A stretch of DNA of 60,839 bases, the filler included, from Catajapyx aquilonaris (Eukaryota): NCBI GenBank assembly GCA_000934665.2. It is 4 parts of 4 records of this genome, joined end to end, with 100 filler letters (N's around TTAATTAATTAA, not from the genome) between each part and the next. Parts side by side here need not be neighbours in the genome. Positions count along the whole stretch, not along the records: positions 30,480 to 45,613 come from JYFJ02007592.1; positions 45,714 to 60,839 come from JYFJ02007593.1; 2 more parts are not named here. One strand, written 5' to 3'. The position numbers were made by a program, and so were the translations under genes. The notes under the pieces are model-generated. The model worked only from the letters and a program-made list of their open reading frames with translations. It made no database searches and was not told the DNA's origin. Shown here piece by piece: positions 38,471 to 50,533 of this stretch. The first letter of the stretch is position 1, and each line of letters starts with the position of its first letter.

Positions 38471-39343
38471 CACCCTCCTTGAAATTAAGTTTGTACGGAT
38501 GTCTCCCCCTAATGGCTATGCCCAACGGGGTAAATTAAATAAAAAAAATAAAATAAAAACACCCTCACTAGGAAACCTTGCTCGGGAAGAGAGGCTCAAG
38601 TCAATGTTACTCGCATCTCCCTTCGAGACTTATGCCCCTTGGCCCGCAAATCTGGAAATTATAGCTGCAGTTTAAACGGATGTCGCCTGTTATGCTTATT
38701 TTGAGAAATATTTAGTGTGACTGAAAGTTGAGTCATTCAGAAAGAGTCCCTAAATTTGAGCATAATGTCGGATTATAATGAAAGTAGCATAAGTTATCTA
38801 ATATTTGAGTATAATTGATCTTCACTCAATATCAGTATAATAACTGACTATTTTGAAGCGCCTCCTAATACTTCAAACTCTCTTATGGAACGGACTACTA
38901 ACGATCGCAGCAATAACACCTGGAGGACCAACACAACAGATCGTCCGTTGGTAGATCTGCAAACGATGGTTAGAAACGCCATATATGCTTACCAGTCGTT
39001 CTCTGGGTGCTCAGTCAGTCAGATTGTGTGGCACATCTACCTTATCCCTGTAATGCCCCTTGGGTCATATCTGGCACACCATTTAGTGCAATTTGGCATA
39101 CTTACAGAAAATATAAAAATTGCAAAAGTTGCAAAAATTGCACTAAATGGTGTGCCAGATATGATCCAGTGGGCATTACTTAGATTAGTGTCATTACAGG
39201 GTTAAACAAAGTTTTGATGTCAGACAGTCGCAGGTTCGTGAAACCCCGGAAAAGAAGATGACAATTCAGCACGTTCAGCAGCACATTCTAACATATCATT
39301 TTAGATACGTTAAGGTACGTGTTTACAATAACCTATTTGTTTC

Positions 39344-39935
39344 ATGAAAAGGTGGTACACACTGCATTGGCTGTATGATGCTATGCTGATGAAAATGCAG
39401 TCACTGAAACTGTACCGGAGGATAAGGCGAGACAACATGCTACCTCCCCCCTCAGAAATGACATTCCTGAGATACATCAAAAAGCTAACACCAACGTACG
39501 AATTCGCTGAGAAAACGTTCAAAATTCTGGCTCAGAAGATGAAACCTTTTGGCAATGAAGCAGAAATACATGCCAAGTTCCCAATTCGGAGCACATAATA
39601 TGAAAAGATATATTATTATATATTATTATATATTATTATAATTATTACATGGAATAGATAACTGCTTTTCCTCTTGGAAGCAGGCCGCAGGGCAAAACAT
39701 ACACTGTACCCTAACAATTGTCCATCTTTACCACGCAGGGTGTCTTCTCCTGGATGAAATGGCTATGGATGAGGGAGTGTCATTTCAGAAGGCTTAACTG
39801 AACCTAAATGGCCTTGTGAACCTGGGTGATTTCACCCCTGAATCTGAGGAGAAACTCGGAATTGGTATTGGTACTATATACTCGGCCTTGGTATTCATGT
39901 TCCAGCCATTTAGAGGGGAATAGGTCCAGGCTTTG
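39344..39935 (+). pseudogene. P-element/THAP9-type transposase fragment, two exons, with stops
   Basis: WYTLHWLYDAMLMKMQSLKLYRRIRRDNMLPPPSEMTFLRY, then after the acceptor at 39738 CLLLDEMAM...GLVNLG...ALVFMFQPFRGE*VQ. Confidence 0.85.
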
Positions 39936-40189
39936 TGATCAAAGACTAAAGATGGTGAAAGTCCCACACGTTGTACAAAGACCACCCAGATCAGCATTCA
40001 AAACACTGGAAAGCCTCAGAATCAAAAAATTTCCTGCTTTATTATTCATGCATCATTTTGCCCGATATTATGCTGAAGGTTTATTTTTGACCATCACCTT
40101 GTTGTGTTCGGCATTTCTCTATTGTGTTAATATCAGGTTAACACTCGGGACATCAGATGTGCAGGTATTGCTCTTTCCAAATATGTAGG

Positions 40190-41050
40190 AATTTTTAAAC
40201 GTCTACATGGTCAGTTATATACAGTACGACCATTAATATTCATCAGCTTCTCCATATGACTGATTACGTGCTTAATTTGGGACCATTGTGGGCTACGTCT
40301 CGTTTTCCATTAGAAAATGCAAATGGAATGTTGCTGAAGGCCATTCATGGCACTCAAAATATCCTAGGGCAGATTGTGTTATTATTTATCAATGCATATT
40401 ACCATTCCCTACCTTTTAATCAACTTGCCAACATCTACACCAGCGTACAGATTTTGTTAGAAAATGGTGCTTGGTAAAGATCGATACAAGAAGGGGGAAC
40501 AAATATCATCAATGGTGTTTGTCATTGGCAAATTTGCAGGGAAAGTATTGCAGCCATCAGTTAGACTGTTGAAAAGAGTCTTAACCATAGGGTTGTACAC
40601 CATGTTCTAGTATTTAAGAGATTTAGTTATTAAAGGCACACTCTACACATCCACAACATACAGCCAATATCAGAAAAAGAATTCACCATGCATTAGGTAT
40701 CATAGTTTAGTTAACAAATGTGTATGTTTTGATCCAGTATACTGCTATGTAAAGGTTACTTCTTGTGATGTAAATAATTGCACGTGTGTACACAGTGTAG
40801 GAAACTATGTCGAATATTTTGCTCTTGTACGTAGAATCATTGTTGAACCTGTAGTTCTACGTCAGTGTTGCTAAATTTGTGCCACGACATTTGGCAAAAA
40901 TATTCGAGGTATCCTTGTTATGTATCAACAGTTCAAAAAGAATTGTACCGTCGCGTCGAGCGGGCAGCCACGCGTCAGGATGAAAGGAACCAGTACATAA
41001 ATTATGGCAAGAAGCTGTATGTTATGCACTTGGTGAACATTTGTTGAAAC
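40190..41050 (+). pseudogene. CACTA/EnSpm transposase C-terminal fragment
   Basis: LHG...INIHQLLHMTDYVLNLGPLWATSRFPLENANGMLLKAIHGTQNILGQI; frameshifted downstream (KGTLYTS). Confidence 0.8.
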
Positions 41051-42292
41051 ATTCGCTTTGCAGATGTAATATGCTGCAATTATTTTAATCAATTTAATAT
41101 AATAAACATATTTTCACATGTGATTGCATTTAAAGGTTTGGTTAAGTGTCACCTTCTCAACTCTCACTAACTCTCGTGTATATGCTGGCTGGTGTGTGGT
41201 TGGTGGACTAGTCTTAATTTTAGTTGCGGCCTCGTGTTTTACATTATTACACTGTTCAAATACCAGTTTACATTCTGGTAAGGTGCAATGCCTTCCATTC
41301 CCAAACCAGCCCAAAGTCATCTGAGGTAATGGCAATGGGTTGGCGTTAGCCCTATCTGCGATATACCGTGCAATATGAACAGGCTGGGGTTTGGGACTTT
41401 CACATTCGACCACCAGGACATATGCACCATTTGACAACATGGCTACTGCCGACCAGATTGTAGCCATTTTGAACTACAGGATCAGTAGGTTTCAGAAGGA
41501 ACTCCGAGTCATGATTCAACAAAACCATTGGCGAGTTGAAAAAAAATAAATGTTTTTCCACATTTGAGTCAATGTCAAGTGCAATTTCTGCCATACATAT
41601 CATTTAAAAAAACCCTACAGTCCCCAATCTCAACTCTTACTGAGAGATTTCTCTCCCTGGAGCCTTGCAGGAAATACTATTTAGATCAGAAGAATTTCTG
41701 TAGGTGCAATCATGTAATAATGTAAAATTCTTAGTTGCAACTTCATGAATATTTTCGACCTGCTGTCATGGCGAGGGGCTTGGGTTGTTCCTTGATGATG
41801 TCGAATAAAACTAATGCATTATTTCCATTTCAGACAAATCCCACCAACAAAAAATTGACGAGCAATAATTACATTGTACTCCACCCTGTGTGTGTACCAA
41901 AGTGATCAATGTAAATGTAAAGGGATTGTCTCCCAAAACATTTGTTGCCATTTTGGCTAGCAAACAATTACAAAATGCAGGTTCTAGAAATGCTAGGTGA
42001 CAAACATTAGCGAATAATCTCGCCAACTGTACACTTAAGCACACAGCAGACAGAGACAATCAGTCAAGCTCAATAATGTAGCCCGAGTCCTTCTTGCCTA
42101 GCACATCATCGGATTTAAGCTTTTACGAAGGTACTCGTCTGGTGTGACAGGAGAGGTTAAGCGGTGGCTAGTATGGGTTCAGGAAGCATGATTTCATGTT
42201 GTTTCTTCATGGGTTATGATATGGAATGCTCCTGCAAACACTCATTGTAATCTCTTATGTCTGTGTTAAAGACAATCATTTTATTTCAACAG

Positions 42293-42670
42293 GTACTTGG
42301 CGCATGGTGACAGGTTCGTCATGATTGGCTTCAATTTGCGAATGGGGAAGTCGCCGGTGTCGAAAATCGTCCACGAAACTTGCTGTGCCATTTGGACATC
42401 ACTACAACATGAATTCATGCCAGCCCCAACGGAAGAGGAATGAGCCCAGAAGGCTGTGGAGNTGTAGGGGCTGTTGATGGGAAACATGTGATCATTCAAG
42501 CCCCCCCCCCCCCTGACTCTGAGTCCCAATACTTTAATTACAAAGGGGTGCACAGCATAGTCCTCGTGGCATCTTGTGATGCCAACTACAAATTCACATA
42601 TGCTGACGTGGGAAGTTTTGGGCGGGAAAGTGATGGTGGGATATTCAGTGCTAGCTTATTGGGACAGATT
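42293..42670 (+). pseudogene. PIF/Harbinger (HARBI1-like) transposase fragment
   Basis: YLAHGD...RMGKSPVSKIVHETCCAIW...*, then [56 protein letters not shown]. Contains a stop and a single-N gap. Confidence 0.9.
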
Positions 42671-43989
42671 AGGGGAAAATGGATTTCTTCCTCTGCAGGC
42701 ACACGAAAAGTAATGCCATACAGCAACGTGTCAGAACTGAGAAATATACTTCAACACCATAATCATTATTGCAACTCATATTATGTGCTGTACATTGACG
42801 CCAGATAGCACAAGCCAACAAGAACATGAAGAATGGCGGCGATGCAGCGCCAAAACAGAGATACAGGAAGCCTGAAGCTTTCGTTGTCAGAATAATACCA
42901 ATTTTATTTGCTCTCTCACATTTGTTGGCATTCAATACTATTATATCTTCTGTAGAATGTAAACTTGCTTTGAAAGAAACTATAACTCAATCTTCGTTTA
43001 TGGCTGCAGCTGTACCACTGGCAGTGCCATCACCACCAGTTGGGCCTCCTAAAGCCACCCAGTCACCTCCCCACCAAGCAAGCTTTCTGGAACTCACAGT
43101 TCAAAAAACCAAATTAATTTCATTATACTGGTAGTGTAGAAAATAGTGAAGTGTCTGGGTACGAAATAAATTACTGAAAATATAAGAGGAATATATAAAG
43201 CCTCATAGTGTTCAGGATCTTGAGGATTTGAAACTGTACCGTGTAAGTTCGATATAAGATAATGCAAAGAATTTAGAATATTTTATGAGGACTCGTGAGA
43301 AAAGGAAGCAGCACGCTAGTGCCAGTGGTGGTACTGCTGCACTGGGGAAGTGAAGCCTCGGCGGCACCACAGGAGATGACGCTAGATGGCCTGCCGTCCA
43401 AGCTGATTTCAATGCCGTTTTCATAACTTTCATGTGGAGGCAACTAGCTAATTAAGACGTACAGATTAGAGAAGAGATTAGCATGATTACCTGTCCGTCA
43501 CCATCACATATAGACTGTCGATGACAATGGTAGAAGACAAAGTTAGCCATTCTATCACTGGAACAGCTTCAACACAGAAATGCTACGCATGTGGAAGAAC
43601 TACTCAGAACATGAATTATATTGATTCAGTACAGAAGAGACCAGTAGACGTTAGTATCCTGCTGAATTTAGCCTCTACATAGAATGCATGGGTAATATTT
43701 TTTGAGTGCCTCTTACACGCGACATACGGCTTGAATGTCAAGAAATTCACACCGGCAGAGACGACTCCATAGTTAAGGCTGTGATATTATGCCGATATGT
43801 GTCTTTCATTCCGGACACAACATATCTATCTGCATTTGGCCTGATGATATGATTCTGTGTTATCCTCCTTGGGGCATCGCATTTCATTCGAGGCCATTAG
43901 AGCACTTGAAACGAAATACTGGATTCGTTATGAAGAAAAAGTGGGCCAGTGAAGAGATCAAAAAATTCAAGATGATGTTGGCGGTAATA

Positions 43990-44300
43990 TGTTTCACACA
44001 GTCGCCCAGCCAACTATCAGTAAGGTAGTAACAGAAGTCACCAATGCAATCAACAAGGTAACTATTTCTGACGCAGCACCACCAGTTTTCACATCATTTA
44101 ATGATCAACAAAATTTAATTGGGGATGAGTTGCCTACAAAGCATCGCCACTTCAGAAGAAATCTTGGCTACCCTTTTTAAAGGCAGTCTTCCAACATGTG
44201 GTGGGTGTAATTTATGTCGCGTCCCCATTAAAAGGCAAATATCTAGAATATAAGGCCTTCAACCAAAAGGAGTATCACTCTATCAATGTGCCAAGTGAAA
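43990..44300 (+). pseudogene. Second, more decayed Harbinger transposase fragment
   Basis: VAQPTISKVVTEVTNAINK, FQHVVGVI..VPIK and FNQKEYHSINV (compare SQPTVSR, FP.VIG.ID..HI, NRKGYHSINVQ). Confidence 0.7.
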
Positions 44301-45519
44301 GCAAGTACTGTCCTACACGCACAGAATAAAGTGTGATGCGACTTTATTCTGGAAGAATATCCTGATGTTGGACGCAATCCATTACTGGCTACGACCCAAT
44401 TCTGTGGGACTAACTTTAGCAACCTGGCAGATCTCATTGTTATTTAATAGTTATTGGATTGCACCCAGACCAGGCGCGACGCTAGACCCGATGCCACCGC
44501 CGCCCAAGCCGACGACTCCACAGAGCTCCGAAAAGAGTATAAATACATATATGCTCCAAGGCAGACAAATCGTTGTGGCGAGCGAGAAGCTTGCGAGGAA
44601 TTAATACAACTAAGGCAGTTCTTCGCAAAAACGGCTTATGCTACTGCATGGAGCATGCAGATCCATGGTGTCATATGCGTTAAACGATTCCGAGGAGCAC
44701 ATCTTGGCCTATATTGAACCCCAGGAGCTCACTGCGATCCTGATATTGATGGGCGCATTATAGCAGAAAAATATGAGGTAACTACCCATGTGTATAAGCA
44801 CAACTTTGAAAGGGTGATCACAATTACTGACCACATGGTCGACGAAAGAGGGCCTTATTCTGTGAGAAGAGTCATCAATAATGAGCCCATTACTATTCAC
44901 ATCTGGAGGCCATCAACCACTGTGACTCAGTTTACAGAAATCAGGCACAATGACACGTCAATGGTCAGCATAGGGGTCAGGCTGGAAAGAAGTGGAAGTC
45001 CAAGGAATGCATTTCAAATTAGGGCGCAGAGAAACAGCAGGACTGGTGTACAAAGCAGCATTGAACCTGTTCCAACTGATCAATCCCCGAGAAGGACCGC
45101 AGAACAGTTATTCTCAAGATATGCACATGGACACATCCAATGTAATAAATTATAGTATTAATTGTCATCGCTTATTAATTCTGAATGTATGCGCGTATGA
45201 GGATCTTGACGTATTCAAATGATCATTTTCCCCGATATTACTCACTCATTGAAATGTGGGTACTACGTGCTTTGAGCACTTGGGCTACTGTCACTGTTAT
45301 TTATCCACTGAACGTTGCATAAGCCAGCGCCATGCATCCAATCACAATCTAGGAATTGGACGGTGTAAAAAGTAACTGCAATTGCAATAGTTCACATCGA
45401 TAACTTCCCAGCAACCATCCCCTGGACAGAAATGAAGCTGGTGAGGTGGAACACGCTAATTTAATTAAAAGTTCAACGAAGTGAACAGAACCTGCACACT
45501 GTAACATATATATCATACC

Positions 45520-45613
45520 GGGGAGACGGAGTGGCGCCGCGGTAACGCGCGCGCCCACGGAAGTTAAGGTCCCGGGTTCAATCCCCACCCGGGGTTCCCA
45601 CCTTCTTTCGTGC
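45520..45613 (+). mobile_element. tRNA-derived SINE head, cut off by the contig end
   Basis: GGGGAGACGGAGTGGCGCCGCGG (A box) and GGTTCAATCC (B box). Confidence 0.65.
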
Positions 45614-45713
45614 NNNNNNNNNNNNNNNNNNNNNNNNNNNNNNNNNNNNNNNNNNNNTTAATTAATTAANNNNNNNNNNNNNNNNNNNNNNNNNNNNNNN
45701 NNNNNNNNNNNNN
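45614..45713. other. Artificial contig-joining spacer
   Basis: N44-TTAATTAATTAA-N44. Confidence 0.97.
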
Positions 45714-45881
45714 ATCGATTGTTAATTTCAGCCTCGACGAAGATTTCGCTCATCAAATCGCTCACATGTAAACGCACCTTTACCTAAAATATGCAGTTGC
45801 GTGGCAACGAAGAAACACAATTTTATGAACGACACCCTGTTATTGACATTATTCATTATTCATCTCAATCTAGACACGAAA

Positions 45882-47827
45882 ATGTCCACAACCTACATTG
45901 ATCTCGACGAAAAGAATAGATTAATAATTATGAAAAGCCTCTCGCATGTGAGAGTCCTGCCATTTTGTGGTCTGAAAGAGGGCTGAAGATATTGTTGCCT
46001 GGATGCCTTTCTGACATTCGTGGACCAATAATATTATTATAACAGGCTGAAGATAATATTATTCAGGAGATGCAAAAGTTGGCTACTGTTTTCAAAACGT
46101 TCGGAGGAATGTCGACAATAGTGATTCCAGTGGAGGAGCACAATAAGGCAGAAGACAATGCAAATACGGAAAGTTCATTTTGGAAAGTGTTCAAACCAGT
46201 GGCCATCTTGTCAGTGGTCGGAGGGATCGCTCCTTTTCCGTGGCCCAAGAAAGAGGAGGATCTGAGAGGGAAGTGGTACAGACGGTGGCCAACAATGGTG
46301 CATTTTGCTATATTCGGCGCTTATATCGCCGTATTTACGCATCAACCACCAGTGGAATGGTCTGGTGAGGAAATATATGAAAGTCCGACACAACGAGTCT
46401 CCTTTAGAATATCTGAATCGGTTTTGACTGCAGGTCCGTGGATCACCTTCATTTTGATCCAAAAGAGAGTGCCTGCCATCTGGAAGTTGATTCATCGCTT
46501 TTCACATCAGAACGTGAAAAGTCACAAGAAGAAACTGCGAATTTATGCAATCCTGCTGGTTATCACTTGTGTGTCCCTTGCCCTCTTACTTCAGGAGGAG
46601 GTGTTTTACAGGCTCGCACAGGAGCCAGGACGTCTTGGTATTATCGAGTTAATTTACCCGCTCTTTATTTTGCATTGCGTCTTCTTACTGGCCGTGATTC
46701 CAATTCAGTTGACATTTTTGGTCCTCGTTCACTTGTCTCGCCTCGAGGATTTCAACAATGAAGTGATCAAAATGTGTCATTTGCTCTGCATGTCCACTGA
46801 AGATGAACAAAATGACGTGAACATGATTCAGAACATGAGACATTCCGCTGATCTTTATCACGAACTGGGTCTCCTGGTGCACTTGATGGACGACACTTAC
46901 GGCATATTTATCATGACAACCTTTCTTATCTCTATTACATGGAGCACAAGTTATATATTTTATGTGGTTATGATTACGACGCAGCCGCCCATTTTAATTG
47001 GGTTAGAGCTGGTTCCCGTCATTGCATTGGCATCTTCCCTGGTTGCTTTCGCCAGCATCCTGGGATCCATTCACCGACAGGTAGGTAGTTTTACTTACAA
47101 TAATAAAAATATCTGGCAGTATGATTGGTATCGGAAATAGTTGTTAACAATTGATCGATCATAATAGTAACAGACGTAACGTCATTATTGTTCCACTGCT
47201 TATTTTGGATGTCTGTTATGCTCAGAAAAGTGCTAAAAGTACTGAAAACTACAATTTTTGTTGTCCTGCTAAATGGCTGGTGATGAACTTGATATGACTC
47301 GGAGTAACATTTACTAATATAAAAATGCTGAAATCCCATTTGCTTTTCAGAGCACCGGGTCACTTCCCCACCTGATTAGAGCGAATTATGAAGTGACCAA
47401 TCCCCGCATCAAGTCAGTTGTAAGTTTGTTATATCTCTCTCTCCTGCATATGTTTCACACTATCGACCATGAATGCAGCACCATCACAAAATCATGCGCG
47501 AGATCTTTCCATAAACTGTAGGAGATCATTTGGTTTCAGATTGAGTCACTAATCTGGAAGATGATAGGTCCACCCATGGAGATAACTGCTGCCAGTTACT
47601 TCACCGTCAATCGTGGCCTGTTGACCTCGGTGAGTTGTCCTTCTGCGAAACTATTTGTAACTACACATGATATTATATGTAACTATTGAAACTTTACTCT
47701 ATACTCTTTGAAGGTTGCCGGTGCTGTGACGACGTACTTGATTGTCCTCACTCAGTTCAAAGTAGGAGAAAAGAAGGATGACCCGACAAGTGAGGGCAAC
47801 ACAACCTTCCCCGAAATAACTCCCTGA
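45882..47827 (+). CDS. Gustatory receptor (7tm_7 family), intact, about 450 aa, 5 exons
   Basis: Exons 45882-45947, 46067-47080, 47351-47419, 47540-47629, 47714-47827, all joined by phase-0 GT-AG introns. Multiple hydrophobic helices; ITAASYFTVNRGLLTS and the GR signature TYLIVLTQF. Exon 1 is less certain (alternative ATG at 46070). Confidence 0.92.
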
Positions 47828-48259
47828 TGTTGGCATCACAAAACCGGAGACACTTGTCTCTTTTCCACATCGCTGATGGGATTATGTATAACCTTAACAT
47901 TAACCTTAACGTAGCCTAAACTTTTTCAAACTGCAGGTCTACCCATCCACCTCCAACACACATGCTAATAACGCATGTGAATGTCATAATTATTATGCCG
48001 TAATATTTATAATGTGCCATGGCCGCCATCACTTAAGGTCTTGTCCACAGTTGCCCAGCTCAAGGTTGCCCTTTACTGTTATTACCGACTATACCAGTAG
48101 AACTTTTCTCCGCACGTCCTGTTTTCAATAAGGTGCGTTTACATGTGATTCGTTTAAAAAATTCTCAGTCTATCCTGACATGGATGGGTACCCCCAGACA
48201 TTCCTTCATCGCTGATTGCCTCCCAAACCATTAATCAGCTGGACTCACAGGCATGTATA

Positions 48260-48672
48260 CAGGGTGCGGAAATTTAATCTACCGTCGCTTTGGGAATGAT
48301 CGGGGGATTCTAGGCGATCACTTTGAGCATATGCAACATGGGTCTCCGAAGCATACGGCGATAATGTGCTTAAAGCACGTATGCGTCCCTCCACGCAACC
48401 TTACCTTTTTCATTTAAATTTAAAGTGTTACCATGCAATTTAATTTTAACTTTCGATCCTGTTAGGTGTAGCAGGGAATGTCCTAGGCGATGGAAGTGTC
48501 GTAAGCAGTATCCGAAACCTATAGGCTGGGATAATGCACTTTTTATTTAATGCTAATTATCTTCGTATCTATATGATTCTAAGACCCACGAATCCTATAT
48601 TATTTTAAAGTGATCGTCTGGAAGCCCTCTACCATCTCCAAAATCGAAGGTAGATTAAATTTCCGCACCCTT
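48260..48672. mobile_element. Tc1/mariner-type MITE
   Basis: TA|CAGGGTGCGGAAATTTAATCTACC...GGTAGATTAAATTTCCGCACCCTT|TA; terminal base mismatched. Confidence 0.8.
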
Positions 48673-50094
48673 TATAAAGAGGTATTCATTTATATCAGGA
48701 CAGGAATCGACGAAGTCAAATGTCATCTCCGTCCTTTTCTGACCCATGCCACGCTTCTTTCATACACATCCTCTACATGTATTACCATGAACGTATTCAC
48801 CACGTGTCCAACTCCCAATTAGCCTCTGAGTTATTAGCCTTTGAGGAGACTCATTAAATCTGAAATTCCTATTTTTTGAAGTGTTCGACTAGAAGTAGCC
48901 AGGTTATGATAATGACCTGCTTTATACCCATTTTATTTTTATTGGGAACTAATGTTTCACTTTATTAATTGACTGTATGATCCCAATAATTCTTATAATG
49001 ACATAGTTGTATTTTTGTTAGAGTTGCTCATTATTTTCAATCAATAAAACTAATTCGCAATGTATAGTTTTCAATTTTGTTGAAACCAGGTTCCTCATTT
49101 GCAGGTTATTAAGTGCTTTCTAGACAAATATTTTAGGAACTTTTTAAATACGTGCAGTGTGTACAGTATTGATGGTATTTTCATTTCCATATAATAAATA
49201 TTGTGATGATGTGGTATGCTTATAACATTGGTATAATAAAGAGTAAGTAACAGTTTTATCGTGCGGGACTAAGAAAAATCGTGTCGTGTATTTTATTAGT
49301 TTATTCAAAAATATTACATAGCTCATAATATTCAATGCATAATAATACTTATCAATTTCAAATGAGTAGGTATATCTTGACAACCCATTTCCTGCGAAAA
49401 TATTTAGATTATTCTCACACCCCTGTGAAATGGTTCCAGTGGTGATACAAAGACGCCAGTAATATTATACTTACTAATCACCATTTTATTAAGTGCAATC
49501 GATTCCATCGCAGAGTCAAGAGAGGCCTTGCCGTATTTCTCGTGACATATTCACACCCTTATTATTTTCCAATATTCTAACCATCGTTGACACACAGAAC
49601 AATGTCGTTATTTTTTCTTCTCAGCCCCACTGATGAATTGAGCCATGACTATCAGGTAGGTTGTCACTTCTCCTCCAACTTAAGCAATTAATCAAATCGT
49701 TTTGTGACATTATTGATGTGCTGAGCTAATGTATTATTTACCGCTGTGAGTAGTTTAGCTGATTTAGAAACAATTGGCCGCTGTTAATATATGTATGTCA
49801 TTATTCGGATGATTGAGTCCAGCTGAGATCAAATGATAATAATATTGTAAAATGTGTCAAAGTTATACTTCGAACATGATCACACACATAATTACATTTT
49901 CATTCATATCGCTGTTGATCACGATGCGATTGGCGCAAATGATATACTTAAGTTACTTTGTGCTCCGAAATTTTCATTACATTGCACGTTAATGGAAAGC
50001 CGAGGAAAACACCAGCCAGACAGTGTTGTCAATATTTTTGGTGTCACGAAGACATTATAAATATGCTCATATGTCAGTGTCTGCATTACTAATA

Positions 50095-50422
50095 TCAGTT
50101 GCATGGCAACGAAGATATGCAGATATCGTGATACACGTCCTGTTACACTATTGTGCGTCTCAAGAGACACACTATGTTCCCACAACATCCATTAATCTCG
50201 AGGAGACCAATCCACCACACATGAAAAGCCTCTCGCATGTGAGAGTCATGCCATTATGTGGTCTGAAGGTGGTCTGAGTTGCTGGTCACACCTCGACACA
50301 CCTACACTATTATGGTGACCTTGAGAGCACAGTGGCCCATAACTAGATGTCTTTAGACGGAATTGAAGATATGAAGTTTTTAGCGTGAAGCTGAAGTTGT
50401 ACTGTGTACCAATAATATTATT

Positions 50423-50428
<6 letters not shown>
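50095..50428 (+). pseudogene. GR paralog relic: 5' region and exon 1 joined to GR 3' flank
   Basis: 50095-50275 resembles 45795-45985 (shared ATGAAAAGCCTCTCGCATGTGAGAGTC). 50287-50428 is nearly identical to ~59830-59976, just downstream of the GR pseudogene stop. Confidence 0.75.
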
Positions 50429-50500
<72 letters not shown>

Positions 50501-50505
50501 TCTCT
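50427..50505. repeat. (CT)n microsatellite
   Basis: Read directly from the sequence. Confidence 0.95.
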
Positions 50506-50533
50506 TCCTCTGACCAACCAATCCTCCCAACCA

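Noticed and set aside
41114..42060. Minus-strand ORF fragments with TYRNS (SF1 helicase-like)
   Set aside because: A single short motif with many stops; no Walker motifs seen.
50246..50530. ORF with an ERERER run
   Set aside because: Translation of a (GA)n microsatellite.
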